The translations under genes were made by a program, and so were the position numbers. The notes below the pieces were generated by a model. That model did not search any database. It was not told where the DNA came from and was given only the letters and a program-made list of their open reading frames with translations. A stretch of DNA of 64,000 nt from a virus: positions 32,001-96,000 of IMG/VR virus record IMGVR_UViG_3300008085_000023, one strand, 5' to 3'. Of the stretch, positions 11,112 through 21,881 are shown one piece after another. Positions within the stretch are counted from its first letter, which is position 1; every line of letters begins with the position of its first letter.

Positions 11112-11352
11112 ATAACGTGTTTACATCGTCATTAGTTGCTGTATTCATCGCCAAAATCCTCCAAACAGTTCTTCAAAACCAGTAGGATATGCCGGAGCTT
11201 TCGTGTGTTCAGAACTCTTACTTGTATCCCATACCACCTCAACGAGTCGCTTCAGTTGAGATACCGGTAGTGACACACGTCCCTTGCCGATCAACTTATT
11301 TTGATCAGCAATATAATTCCACATCTGTTGTTTGTTCGTTATCATAATAAAA

Positions 11353-11430
11353 TGGTCGGAGTAGAGGGATTCGAACCCCCGGCCCTCGCGTCCCAAACGC
11401 GATGCGCTAACCAGACTGCGCTATACTCCG
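11353..11430 (-). tRNA. tRNA-Pro(TGG)
   Basis: Cloverleaf, TCGCG-TTTGGGA-CGCGA, CCA. Confidence 0.95.
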
Positions 11431-11436
11431 TAAAAA

Positions 11437-11695
11437 GGTGAGGGCCCCGAAGGGAAGAGCAATTGAATATGGGGATTCGAACCTCATGATTCCAGCTAAA
11501 CGCTGGTGTCTTGCCAATTAGACGAATTCATTACCTGTTTTTTAACATTGCCGTGTTACGTCACGGGTATCTCTTAAGGACAAACTATCAGGGCGGCAAC
11601 CCTTACACGTTCCTCCAACCACTCAAAAATCAACATTTACCGGATGACCCCTAATCCATCGTCTCCGATATCGACCTCATCTCTTGGCCCTACCA
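11437..11695 (-). ncRNA. putative structured ncRNA with embedded tRNA-like domain (copy B)
   Basis: After TATAAATA; ends pair (GGTAGGGCC-AAGAG / CTCTT...GGCCCTCACC); tRNA-like domain 11462-11532 with 5-nt anticodon loop. Confidence 0.6.
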
Positions 11696-12370
11696 CTGTT
11701 CTGTTATAATATTTATATATCAAATTGGCTCGGATTATATTATTTTACATGGTAACCCGAGAAGACCCATGAACTTTTAGGATGATCTTTCTGCAACTTT
11801 CGCGATTGGACCTGTTCGTACTCGTTCATCCTTGTTGCAACACAGCTTGTTCGCTGTAAGATTAATCTTCGATTGTACACCATCCGGCAACAGCACCGAC
11901 TGGTGGGATGAAAACTCCCACGCCCCGAATCGTCTCGGCCTTAAATGGCGCTTCAAAATCGCACTGGCAAACCTTAACTACATTCATCACCCAACCACTC
12001 ACAAATAGGCACACCAATAACATCGGCACCAACATAATCACTGTCTTCATAATCTTCTCTCTCACTGTTAATTTATTATGGTACTAATATACCATAGTCT
12101 ATCAGATTTGTACACCATTATTTTCAGACTCGAATGCTTATCTTATGAGATCAACGCACTCGCCGAAGTACTTGTCGAATACCTGAATCAAATTCTCATA
12201 ATCGCTTGTCGTCATTTCAGTGACGATAGCAGCACCATCAAGGTCCATGCGTTTTGCAAAACGCTTTGCTGCTCCTATCAAACAAAAGGCATTACCCTCA
12301 GGTCCACTGAGATCAATCGTCAGCTTGGTGTTCGGATGCTCTGTTAAAATTGCCATTGCGTCTTCCCTCT

Positions 12371-12832
12371 TTACTTAATGTTATTAGCTACTGCAGCTTT
12401 ATGGGCTGCCATATCAGCTGCCAGCAATTTTGCAACCTTCTTGGACTTAATCAAATCCAAAGTGGCTGCGACTTCTTCCTCAGTGAATTCCAGGGTAAGG
12501 AAAGCCCAAGTGCCCCGTTTCCCACCCCTGACGATGAATCCTGGTGAGCAACCGCAGCTGCATCCAGCCTTCTGTGAAAACCACACATTTTTCAGAGGAA
12601 CATCGAAGTGTTCTACGAGACCGGCATAGACGATCTTATTCGTAAAGCGGGTAAGAGCGCCCCACGCCTTGGACTTAACTTTTAGTTCCCAGATCTCGTT
12701 AGCCATGAACCACTTATCGATGATGGATCGAATATCCATGTTATCATCACTGCAGGACACCATCACCTTGCAGTGATTAAAACTGCGTTCTTGATAATTC
12801 CGCTCACGCTGATCGACGTTGACTACCTTCAT
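12371..12832 (-). CDS. hypothetical protein (WFSQKAGCSCGCSPGF motif)
   Basis: 153 aa ORF after early promoter. Confidence 0.6.
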   Translation of the reverse strand: MKVVNVDQRERNYQERSFNHCKVMVSCSDDNMDIRSIIDKWFMANEIWELKVKSKAWGALTRFTNKIVYAGLVEHFDVPLKNVWFSQKAGCSCGCSPGFIVRGGKRGTWAFLTLEFTEEEVAATLDLIKSKKVAKLLAADMAAHKAAVANNIK

Positions 12833-12879
12833 AACTGTTGCTCCATTAGCTTCTTTGTAACTGTAACCCTCATAGAATT

Positions 12880-13080
12880 ATTATACCACAGATTCGTACT
12901 AAAGTACACCATTATTTTCGGTTTTCAGCACTTTTTTGCTAAGTATGGCTAGATCAGTCCTTTATGCATAGAAGCCCCTCGGGCCTTCAGGAGGCCGTTG
13001 GGGCTCTAGATCCATATAATCACCCTCAATTTGCTGAAAAGTGATCCTGAGGGTGATTAGAAGCTTGGATCAGGCTATAT
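12880..13080 (-). repeat. early promoter plus extended intergenic module
   Basis: Promoter, CACTTTTTTGCTAAGTA block, 12-bp IR TAATCACCCTCA/TGAGGGTGATTA. Confidence 0.7.
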
Positions 13081-13099
13081 GTTCCTTATGTTGTGTTTG

Positions 13100-13501
13100 T
13101 TATTGATTGATATGATCTGCATATTCCAATCCTAAAGGGCGGATGTCAGATCTACGGAAATTTGCACGTTGAATTTCCTGAGCTGCGCGATAGCCTATTT
13201 CTCGGCCAACGTGCTCGATGGCAACGTGATCATCGCCATGCATGAAACCGTACTCTAAAATTGCAGAATCGATGTCGATGCATACACGAAGCTTAGGATA
13301 AGAATGATTGACACGACGCACTTCGACTGAACAAAGCTTACGTGATATTTCAGCAACCCTTTCCCCTAGCTCATCAGAATCCCGCTTCATAATTTGTAGA
13401 GAGCTTTCCGCGCGCCGTAATTGATTACGAGTATCTAAATAGAGATCACTCTTCCGTGCCAGCCAATTCAGTAATCGTTTGTGTGTTTTTGTTTTCTTCA
13501 T
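13100..13501 (-). CDS. hypothetical protein
   Basis: 133 aa ORF. Confidence 0.55.
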   Translation of the reverse strand: MKKTKTHKRLLNWLARKSDLYLDTRNQLRRAESSLQIMKRDSDELGERVAEISRKLCSVEVRRVNHSYPKLRVCIDIDSAILEYGFMHGDDHVAIEHVGREIGYRAAQEIQRANFRRSDIRPLGLEYADHINQ

Positions 13502-13533
13502 GTCATATCCATTTGTTTTCTGATGATTATTCT

Positions 13534-14910
13534 TTACATTTTGAATTCGCTGTAGTCCGGCTCATCGGTTGTAGCAGTGAATGACGTATCGCCCGACAAC
13601 ACATCGGTCTGAGCTGATTCCTCAGCATCATATAGGCGCATCTTGGCGCGTTCCATTCCCAACACAAAGCGACGGTAATAGGCTACGTCATTATATCGAT
13701 TCTTAAGTTGTTTGACCAATATTTGATCTAACTCTTCAAGCTCTTCTGTAGTGATCAAAGCCAACATTAAATCTGCTGTAGCGGGTAGGCCAAAGGACTC
13801 AGACGTATTGGTGATATCGACATCCGAAGAATTCATACCATCACGGTTAGTTTGCGTAGCCGACCACATGATCGTATCGGTTTCAATTGCCAGGCCTCGA
13901 AGCTCTTCAGCAATCGCCTTGATATAGCCGTATGAACCAATGGATCCACCCATTCCCTTAATACGAGATGAGGCGCAGATGTTAATGTAATCGATTAAGA
14001 TTACGTCAGGAATAAAATCCTTTTTCAACTTCAGTTCAGAAAGCAATGCTCTAAAATGTCCTGCATGCGCTGCAGCCGTCGGGTATTCCTTGATAATCAG
14101 TCGGCCGGACGAAGTTGTGCGGATCTTGTGGATTGCTTTATTGAATTCACCTTTGGTTAGAGAAGCAATTTCGTTGATGTTGACGTCAAATAGATTGGCA
14201 TCAATACGTTCAGCGATTTTCTCCTCACTCATTTCCATGGTGATGTATAGGCAATTAATACCTTGAGTTATATATGCTGCAGCAAGGTGACACAGTGTCA
14301 TACTCTTACCTGTGCCGGTACCTCCAAGAAAGATGTTTAGTGTTTTCCTTTTAACACCTCCACCAGTGATCTTATTAAGCATCTCTAAATCGAAAGGCAC
14401 CTTGTTCTCCGGGGTGTGGTAGTATTCAAAACGCTTGTCTGAATTTTCCATGTAGTCATGACCAATGTCACGATCGAAACCCACACCCAATGCTTGTTGA
14501 AGCATATCAGGAATAGCGCTGGGTAACATCTCAGCGTTATTTCCGTTGATGATTTCAATTGACTTAAGGACAGCCAAATAAACAGCTCGATCCTGACACC
14601 ACTTCTCTGTGGTTTCAACGAGCCATGTCATATCCGTAGATCGTTCGTCATCCGTTATAGTGAATGCTCGCTTAATATAAGCATGAATTTCTTGTGCTTG
14701 CTCGGGATGAGATTCAAGTTGAGAGAATTCATACTCCATAGTAGAGCAATTGGGCATCGTATTATATTTGGTGACAAACTTTACGAGCAGGTCAAATACA
14801 AATCTGGCATGGCCATCAAAGTATTCTTTCTTGAGGAATAGCAATACTGTTCGGCAGTACTCCTCATTCGCTACAATATTTTTAATTACTAATTCGCTAA
14901 TATCTTCCAT
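13534..14910 (-). CDS. gp41: replicative DNA helicase, T4 gp41-like
   Basis: GGTGTGKS, YITMEMSEEKIAERIDAN, IDYINIC, SESFGLPATAD, KQLKNRY. Confidence 0.95.
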   Translation of the reverse strand: MEDISELVIKNIVANEEYCRTVLLFLKKEYFDGHARFVFDLLVKFVTKYNTMPNCSTMEYEFSQLESHPEQAQEIHAYIKRAFTITDDERSTDMTWLVETTEKWCQDRAVYLAVLKSIEIINGNNAEMLPSAIPDMLQQALGVGFDRDIGHDYMENSDKRFEYYHTPENKVPFDLEMLNKITGGGVKRKTLNIFLGGTGTGKSMTLCHLAAAYITQGINCLYITMEMSEEKIAERIDANLFDVNINEIASLTKGEFNKAIHKIRTTSSGRLIIKEYPTAAAHAGHFRALLSELKLKKDFIPDVILIDYINICASSRIKGMGGSIGSYGYIKAIAEELRGLAIETDTIMWSATQTNRDGMNSSDVDITNTSESFGLPATADLMLALITTEELEELDQILVKQLKNRYNDVAYYRRFVLGMERAKMRLYDAEESAQTDVLSGDTSFTATTDEPDYSEFKM

Positions 14911-15091
14911 ATGTCTATTATACCATATCGTCGGTTAGATGTACACTATTCAATTTCGTAACTCTCTACGGTTACCAAACTATAATTAGATTCGAGTTGT
15001 TGGCGATGGGTGTGAGCCGATGACTCATCATCCCATACACCTTCAACATTCATTGTAGAGCCATTGCCATCGCGGCCGAGTACTAAATGAA

Positions 15092-15448
15092 TCACTGCTT
15101 TACTTTCTCAACATCCTTTTCATCAATCATCTGAGATATCGACTTAACGACGATATCAGCAAGAAGCTGATGAAATGCAGGATCACATTCAATCGATTCT
15201 TTCGTCTTGCATGATCGGCCGATTATGGTACCATAATCGGGAATTTCGAGAATGTTAAATTCGATGTGCATCGGGACATTACCATTCTGATCTTCAATGG
15301 AATCACCTTCCATTGTTGGGAAACTCACGGCGCCTATTTGAAATAGCACGCCCTTAAACTCTCCTGATTCACACCGCATCTTAGCGAATGGGTGTCCGGT
15401 CTTTTCATCAATTTGCTCGGTGGGTATTACTGTGATTTGCTCCATCAT
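15092..15448 (-). CDS. gp40-like protein between uvsX and gp41
   Basis: T4 synteny uvsX-40-41; size. Confidence 0.45.
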   Translation of the reverse strand: MMEQITVIPTEQIDEKTGHPFAKMRCESGEFKGVLFQIGAVSFPTMEGDSIEDQNGNVPMHIEFNILEIPDYGTIIGRSCKTKESIECDPAFHQLLADIVVKSISQMIDEKDVEKVKQ

Positions 15449-15449
15449 T

Positions 15450-16499
15450 TTATATGTCCTCTTCTTCGTATTGTGCCATGGCAACCTCGCCGATAGTGTA
15501 ACGTTCCTTGATCCACTGTAGGAACTGTGCGTTAGTTAATAGCGGCTGCCAGAATTCTGCACAGTGAGTCTTATTTTCACTGCAAATTTTGCCGACTGGT
15601 TTATCACCACCCGGAGTATCAACAACGGTGTAGTAACCTTTCTTGGGCTTCATAACCCAACCTGATTCTAGACCAACTTCAAGGAGGCCCGACCATTTCA
15701 TGATCCCGCCTTCCCATGATACAGAGATAGGAATCTTCGACTTCTCTTTAACGAATCGAGATTTCTCGATGTTAATGATGAAGTGGTATCCCTTAATCTC
15801 AACACCCTGCTTATCCTGACGACGTCCAATAATCCAGATGTTATTCGCTGAATAATATATGCCTGTTCCACCAGAAACAACATCAGTACTAAACATTTCC
15901 TGCGTCTTATACGTGTGATTCACTGCGATCATTGGGATGTTTTTCGTTTGAAGGTAGGGTGTTACCATTCGGAAGAGACCTTTAAGCGCCTTGGCTCTAG
16001 TCATATCAGCTTTGCTACTCTCGGACAAAGCGTCTTCCAATTCCTTTTTAGATGCTAGGTTACCAATTGAATCAATGATGATGATAACGTCTTCCTTGTT
16101 TTCCAGCGTTTCGAGCTGATGAACAAGGTCGAATTTCAATTCTTCGATATTCATAATAGGAACATGCAACACTCGTTCAGTGTCGATACCAAAAGCGTTA
16201 AAGTACGCCTGGGGTGTTCCGAATTCAGAATCATAGAACATCAACACAGATTCGGGATGTGCCTTCAAATATGACGCGGCCATCAACAAAGCGAAGCTCG
16301 TTTTGAAATGCTTACTCGGTCCTGCAAGCATCGTCAGCCCAGGTCCAATACCTCCATCGATGGAACCACTAAGCGCAACGTTAATCATTGGAACTGAGGT
16401 GGGCGTCAGAGGTACGTCGTTGAAGTATACTGACGTTGCAAGACCATCCGTCTTTGAGAGTTTTGAACTCTTCTTTAATTTGGCTAGTAATGATCCCAT
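15450..16499 (-). CDS. uvsX: RecA-like recombinase UvsX
   Basis: AGPSKHFKT, FYDSEFG, IDSIGNLASKKE, DMTRAK. Confidence 0.95.
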   Translation of the reverse strand: MGSLLAKLKKSSKLSKTDGLATSVYFNDVPLTPTSVPMINVALSGSIDGGIGPGLTMLAGPSKHFKTSFALLMAASYLKAHPESVLMFYDSEFGTPQAYFNAFGIDTERVLHVPIMNIEELKFDLVHQLETLENKEDVIIIIDSIGNLASKKELEDALSESSKADMTRAKALKGLFRMVTPYLQTKNIPMIAVNHTYKTQEMFSTDVVSGGTGIYYSANNIWIIGRRQDKQGVEIKGYHFIINIEKSRFVKEKSKIPISVSWEGGIMKWSGLLEVGLESGWVMKPKKGYYTVVDTPGGDKPVGKICSENKTHCAEFWQPLLTNAQFLQWIKERYTIGEVAMAQYEEEDI

Positions 16500-16885
16500 G
16501 TTATTTTGTTCCTTTATATATGTGTTCTTTCATCTTATCTTTCTGTTGTTTTGACGCCCAATTAATTGCGTCAAAGCGCTCGTCGTAAATCTTTCGATTG
16601 GAAATGCGTTCTGCATCACCTTTCCCAGCCCCTGTGGCATTGCGTTCCTGACTTGTACTCATTATGCTTGGCAATAAATTTTTGTCTCATCTAGTTTAGG
16701 CGGCCAACTGCCGCCGCTCGTATGGTATGAGCCTATGAGCTCAACATCGTTGATGCCACCACCCCGACACCCTTTATGCGCGGATAACCACTCCTTATGT
16801 AGGGCCAATTCTTCGGCGGCTGTCTCTTGGCGAATTGCAATCGCTGCTCCGCATGAACATGTATCATTAATCATAGTTGTTTCCT

Positions 16886-17446
16886 TTATACGAGCTTCAA
16901 ATAAAGCTCAGCAGTTTTCCGCGCATCATACATTGCATCATGCGCATCGTCTTCGTTGAACTCAATTCCAGCAAATTCACATAACGATTTGAGAGTGAAT
17001 GCGGATGTTACCCTGGCGTCTCGTAGAATCCATGCTGCTACACGATAGAGACACAGCGATGGGCGCCAAAAATAGCTGCCATACATATAATCCATGGGTG
17101 TATTATCAAACCACTTGCTGACAAAGTCTTCGTCGAAAACTGAATTGTACGCAACGAATTGCATCTTATCTTTGGGATTAAAGCGGTCGGCGTACTTGTC
17201 AAGGAACTTCGTATAGATCTTAAATGCATCGTCTGACGAGAGTTCTCGACTATAAAGCTCTTCCATAGTGATGTGTGATTTCTCTAATGCTGCCTGTTCG
17301 TAATCAAGCTTAGCAGGCCTAAACTTTAGATCAATTAAATCAATCTCTACGTCCTTATCATCCAAGACAATGCATGACAACTGGTGAACGGTGTGGATTT
17401 CTGGATCGAGGCCTGTGGTCTCAGTATCAGTGATGCATTTAATCAT
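16886..17446 (-). CDS. DEDDh 3'-5' exonuclease (DnaQ-like)
   Basis: DTETTGL, AYNSVFD, AHDAMYD. Confidence 0.9.
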   Translation of the reverse strand: MIKCITDTETTGLDPEIHTVHQLSCIVLDDKDVEIDLIDLKFRPAKLDYEQAALEKSHITMEELYSRELSSDDAFKIYTKFLDKYADRFNPKDKMQFVAYNSVFDEDFVSKWFDNTPMDYMYGSYFWRPSLCLYRVAAWILRDARVTSAFTLKSLCEFAGIEFNEDDAHDAMYDARKTAELYLKLV

Positions 17447-17447
17447 G

Positions 17448-17816
17448 CTATCCTCTGCATTCGAATGATGTAGGAACTCCGCGAGTGACGATCATGTCCA
17501 GTAGATCATATAGACCTGAACCACTCTGTAGAGGTGAGCGAGGTGCCGATGATCGAAATTCTAAACCACTATCCCAATACAATATTACGTCGGGCTTCTG
17601 TCTACGAACTGCCTTAGCCTTCTTAATGTACTCAGCTTGACTAGCTCGTAGTTTTTGCAATTGCACAGCGATGCGTGACAGCTTTGCCGCTTCATCGGTC
17701 GTCTTTTCGGCAATCACTTTGCGAATCTCAGTGCCTTTGTTAATCAAGGTGGCGAGCTCGCTGTCGTATGGTGTGGGTATGTTTTTCATATATTCCTTGG
17801 GTGTTAGATAAGCCAT
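17448..17816 (-). CDS. hypothetical protein
   Basis: 122 aa ORF. Confidence 0.55.
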   Translation of the reverse strand: MAYLTPKEYMKNIPTPYDSELATLINKGTEIRKVIAEKTTDEAAKLSRIAVQLQKLRASQAEYIKKAKAVRRQKPDVILYWDSGLEFRSSAPRSPLQSGSGLYDLLDMIVTRGVPTSFECRG

Positions 17817-18249
17817 TGAAGTACGACAAATGCCGTGATGGCGATTGACTGCAAGATAATGGTGATGGCTGGCAGATCGTTTCTTGCCATGATTCGATAC
17901 GTGTTACTGAATGTGAATAACACACCAATAAATAGTACGATAATTTTTGCTATGAGCATAATTACTTTCTTGTGTTGTGCTACAGTTGACGGATCAACTT
18001 ATTAGCGGTTTTAAAATCCGGATGTGAAGCATTACGAACTGCAAGATTGCGACTCAGCCAATTGATGTCATCTATCCGTAGCGATGGAACATCCATCGTG
18101 GCCAGAATTCGGGCCAGCTTTACGGCTATTACATCATTTTTCTCAATCATCTCAATTCCTTATTAATAATAACTAGACTAATATACCATATCACTGGCCT
18201 AATGTACACCATTATTTTCGGCTCCTGAGAGGCCCTAGAATCACTTGGA

Positions 18250-18942
18250 TCATATTGGGAGGGTATTAACCTTAGTCTTACCCCGCGGACGTCTTGAGGG
18301 CTTCTTTGGAGCCGTCTTTTGGGCAGGTTTAGCTGTTGTGAGCTTCACACGAGTCTTCACCGGGGCCTTGGCTGTAGTTTTCTTCTTGGCTGGAGCTCGT
18401 TTGGCAGTAGCCACCAACGGTTCAGCAAATTTCTGAAGCTTCTTGAAGAGACGGAGACCTTTATCACATTCCTTCTTATCCAGAATCTTTTGATCGTCAG
18501 TGCGGGTGGTATCCTTTCGGATTTCCTTCTTCCGTTCCTTAATAGTCTCAAGCTCATCGTCAATACACTGAAGGATATACTGTAGATCATGCCTGCAGAC
18601 GCCCACTAGCTTCTCAGGATCTTCAAGGTATGCGACCATTGAACCTTTAGGTGTTGGATCACTCTTGGGTTCAGTTGCGCCGGTAGTCGTCCCACCAATT
18701 GTGCCCACGACTTTGGCCTTAGGCTTCCGCGGTTGGCGTGGCTTACGCTTCTTTCGTGGCTTAAAATCACGCACCATCTCCTCGTAATGACCCATCACAC
18801 TTTTAGCCAAGCGATCTATTTGATCCTGCGTAAGGATGTACTGCTCACCGTCTTTAACGAGGACGTACTTATTCTTTTTGATGTAGAATACACCTGGGTA
18901 CGTCTCAGTTATACCTTCAAGGTTGATTACTTCAGTTGCCAT
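18250..18942 (-). CDS. Lys-rich hypothetical protein
   Basis: C-terminal PAKKKTTAKAPVK...TAPKKPSRRPRGK tail. Confidence 0.6.
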   Translation of the reverse strand: MATEVINLEGITETYPGVFYIKKNKYVLVKDGEQYILTQDQIDRLAKSVMGHYEEMVRDFKPRKKRKPRQPRKPKAKVVGTIGGTTTGATEPKSDPTPKGSMVAYLEDPEKLVGVCRHDLQYILQCIDDELETIKERKKEIRKDTTRTDDQKILDKKECDKGLRLFKKLQKFAEPLVATAKRAPAKKKTTAKAPVKTRVKLTTAKPAQKTAPKKPSRRPRGKTKVNTLPI

Positions 18943-18950
18943 AATGGATC

Positions 18951-19781
18951 CTATATGTCGCTGGTTCGAATTGCATGCAATTCATTCTTGGTCATCTTCA
19001 AAACTCGAGGAGCGTGATCATTGAGATAGACAATTGAAGCTGAAGGTCGTGTATCAATCAACTCGAATATGTCATGGAATTGATGGGCGTAATTGACGAT
19101 CTGTAGCACCATCTTCGTCCAACCGATTATCAGGTCGTAGTCGTCCACCATCTGGGCACATCGGATCTCTGCTCGTCGGCAATCGTCTTCGCCATAGAGG
19201 TGTACATCGGTGTACTTCTCCCCGATGAGGCCTGGGTTGTTAAGCAGCAGTGTAGCTACTTTATTAATCATTGGGACGTCTGGTCCGTGCGGATTAACTC
19301 GGATGAGTGACTGACTGTAGTGGCTATTGGCGCGATCGGGAAAGATACCATAGATGTCCGAAGACATTTCATACCATATCGCTAGAAACACAAGACGATC
19401 GAGGTCGCCCAAGTCAACGTGGATGTGATAACCCGTCTCGCTGCCAAATCGACCGTCGTTGTTATTCACAAGCTTAATAGTCTTAGCGATTTCCAAAAAT
19501 GACTCTTTACATACGTCAAGGATTGGAGAGACTATTTCACCTCCAACGTCATCGCCAGAATCATCCATCTCAGTTACGGAATAGTCGGCAATAAGCTGCC
19601 AATGCTTATATTTGGAATCAACATCATCCCAGCCATCGAGCGAACACTTGACGCCATGACGATACTTAGACTTTTGTTGATTGAATATGGGCGCAAATGT
19701 TTTCAATGGCGTATCCATAAATTCAATCTCTACACCGAACCGAAATGATTCGGGTAGTAAGTAAGGTGTCTTAGCCGGCAT
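18951..19781 (-). CDS. putative amidoligase (COOH-NH2 ligase family)
   Basis: FGVEIEF, ADYSV, GEIVSPIL, GYHIHVD, AEIR. Confidence 0.8.
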   Translation of the reverse strand: MPAKTPYLLPESFRFGVEIEFMDTPLKTFAPIFNQQKSKYRHGVKCSLDGWDDVDSKYKHWQLIADYSVTEMDDSGDDVGGEIVSPILDVCKESFLEIAKTIKLVNNNDGRFGSETGYHIHVDLGDLDRLVFLAIWYEMSSDIYGIFPDRANSHYSQSLIRVNPHGPDVPMINKVATLLLNNPGLIGEKYTDVHLYGEDDCRRAEIRCAQMVDDYDLIIGWTKMVLQIVNYAHQFHDIFELIDTRPSASIVYLNDHAPRVLKMTKNELHAIRTSDI

Positions 19782-19787
19782 GGTGGG

Positions 19788-20387
19788 TTACCCCTTTCCG
19801 TTGAGGATCATGATCTGGGCGGTCAGGGACTCGATGATCGCGGCCGCATTATAGCAGCCACGGACTGTCGCCTTGAAGCGAGGGTGTACAGTTTCGCGGT
19901 AGATGTCGCGGAGACTGAACACTGGCTCAAGGGCCTGCATAAAGATGCAACGCTTAACTACGGTGAGGTCAGCCTCCTTAGAGGTGGCATCCACGAGAAT
20001 ATCGCGCATCTTAGTGGTGTCCTCGAGGTTCATCTTCGGCTTCCGACCACGGTCGGTCTTCGCGACCTTCGCCTTAGGTGCCTTCGCCTTGGCCTTCTTC
20101 GCGGACTTCTTGGCCACAACAACGTCTGCTGCAACCTGCTTGGTAATAAGGTCGCATTCGTCATCAACCACAGACTGGCCAGTTCGGCGCAACTCAGCGT
20201 TGATCTCAGCACGGATGGCAGCATCTTCAGCTTCCATCTCAGCGTCGGTCATTTCAACCGCGTCGGTATCCTCATCTGGGATCACGATGTCCAGGTTCTC
20301 GATAGCCGCAGTAGATGCGTCCATATCAAAATCCTCAATACTGCCTTCGGTTGCCATTGCGTCCATGATGTCGTCTATGTCGTTCAT
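19788..20387 (-). CDS. hypothetical protein, acidic N-terminus and AKKAKAK linker
   Basis: Start at MNDIDD after early promoter 20428-20458. Confidence 0.6.
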   Translation of the reverse strand: MNDIDDIMDAMATEGSIEDFDMDASTAAIENLDIVIPDEDTDAVEMTDAEMEAEDAAIRAEINAELRRTGQSVVDDECDLITKQVAADVVVAKKSAKKAKAKAPKAKVAKTDRGRKPKMNLEDTTKMRDILVDATSKEADLTVVKRCIFMQALEPVFSLRDIYRETVHPRFKATVRGCYNAAAIIESLTAQIMILNGKG

Positions 20388-20427
20388 TCTCTTTTCCTTC
20401 TGGGCTGCTGCCCTGTTGCTTGATACC

Positions 20428-20625
20428 ATTATACACCAGTTTCAGCCATAAAGTACACAAAAAAGTGATCCCGACAGCACTTTTTTGCTAAGTAGGCCTC
20501 TAGAAGGGGCTTACACAATCACCTTTTTCGGCCTTTTGGGCCCAAAATCGGCCAAAATCGACCCATGAGGGCGTAAAATGCATAAATATGGCTCCGATGG
20601 CCATTTACATACTGTAGTTGTGTAA
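20428..20625 (-). repeat. early promoter plus extended intergenic module
   Basis: Two TAART-N15-RYTTA palindromes; GACCCATGAGGGCGTAAAATGCATAA shared with 24721. Confidence 0.75.
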
Positions 20626-20643
20626 AGCCTTGATGCAGGATGA

Positions 20644-20928
20644 CTACTCTACAGTTTTCCGCCATCCCAGGCGCCATAGGAGCTTAGCGATGGTTGTTGC
20701 AATGATATTGATGTAGTATTCGCAGATAAGAGGACACGCCGCGTGGAGGCCTTCGTGGATGATAACGTCCAGATCTTCTAGGGTATTTCCCTCGAGTAGG
20801 ATATAGAGAGTCTTCTTTTCGTAGTTACATTCTCCAAGCTTGCCTTCTGGGAGCCCCGATTGATCTTTTAATCTGTAGCGAATATCGTCAAAGACATGAC
20901 TCTTAGGCAGGGATTTCTTTCTTGACAT
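20644..20928 (-). CDS. small HExxH (zincin-like) protein
   Basis: GECNY...IIHEGLHA. Confidence 0.6.
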   Translation of the reverse strand: MSRKKSLPKSHVFDDIRYRLKDQSGLPEGKLGECNYEKKTLYILLEGNTLEDLDVIIHEGLHAACPLICEYYINIIATTIAKLLWRLGWRKTVE

Positions 20929-20937
20929 AATATATTC

Positions 20938-21264
20938 TCATTTACTTAAGATAGAGCGATAGTATTCATACTCGCTTTTCCAAAACGGTAGACGCTGTGA
21001 TGGATCTTTCCGGTCTGGATATGTTTTATCGGGATCATACGCGCAGTAAGCTTTACCGTCCTTGGCCATTGACCATTTATTTGACACGTCGTGTTCCATA
21101 GGGAACATCAACGCTTCTGCAGCGTCGGCTGTGGAGAGCGTAGCAGACTTGCATAACATACGATTATGAGTTCTCAACCGCTGATGCCAGATACGCTTAT
21201 CCTGCTTTTCAGAAGAGCATTTAGCTATACCATGGATTGGTGTCTTTTTGAACGATCTGCTCAT
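20938..21264 (-). CDS. conserved hypothetical protein
   Basis: MSRSFKKTPI...SEKQDKR...WSMAKDGK. Confidence 0.6.
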   Translation of the reverse strand: MSRSFKKTPIHGIAKCSSEKQDKRIWHQRLRTHNRMLCKSATLSTADAAEALMFPMEHDVSNKWSMAKDGKAYCAYDPDKTYPDRKDPSQRLPFWKSEYEYYRSILSK

Positions 21265-21881
21265 GCCGTAGGTTCCAAAGAATGAAAGTGATTCAATACG
21301 CTAGTCATTAAAGCGAGCTCATCAAGGCGGGCCCGACTACTAAAGAGATGGTTCGGGCCGGCAAGATCGTGGAATCTATTCCAATATCGAGCCGGTTGAT
21401 GAATATAACCGCCATTGGCACTGAACGCATCGACGATATAATCCATGTCATCGATGAGCAATGCATCTGGTTCACCTAGAGGGCCCTTGCCAACTGCCGA
21501 GCTGACATATATACGTTCACCATCGGAAAATGCGTTACGGTCAAGCCAATCATTCCTTCCAGCAATAAAATTATCTTTCATCCCCTCGGGATATTGAGTA
21601 CAGATCGCAAATGGGATGCGGTGGAGATGGCAGAATTCTGCCACTAGGTTGTAGATGAGGTTACCATTAGGCAAAACACCAAGGTTTGACCAAAAGTCAT
21701 AATCATCCAGCTCTTTAATGAACTCATCAGATGTCATACCTAGCATAGGACCCATGCGATCACAACCTGCAGGCCAATTAACCTCTTCGGGTCTAATCCC
21801 GTGATAGAGCAACGCTGATGTGGTAAAATCTGCCAATACTCCATCAACATCTAAATAAATCTTCTTAATCATTTTGTCCAC
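21261..21881 (-). CDS. HAD-superfamily 5'(3')-nucleotidase-like
   Basis: IYLDVDGVLADF, LLIDD. Confidence 0.8.
   Translation of the reverse strand: MDKMIKKIYLDVDGVLADFTTSALLYHGIRPEEVNWPAGCDRMGPMLGMTSDEFIKELDDYDFWSNLGVLPNGNLIYNLVAEFCHLHRIPFAICTQYPEGMKDNFIAGRNDWLDRNAFSDGERIYVSSAVGKGPLGEPDALLIDDMDYIVDAFSANGGYIHQPARYWNRFHDLAGPNHLFSSRARLDELALMTSVLNHFHSLEPTA

Noticed and set aside
11740-11829. 29-codon ORF upstream of ncRNA copy B as a second pan-amino-acid leader
   Set aside because: It lacks several amino acids (A, C, I, T) and has no terminator/antiterminator pair.
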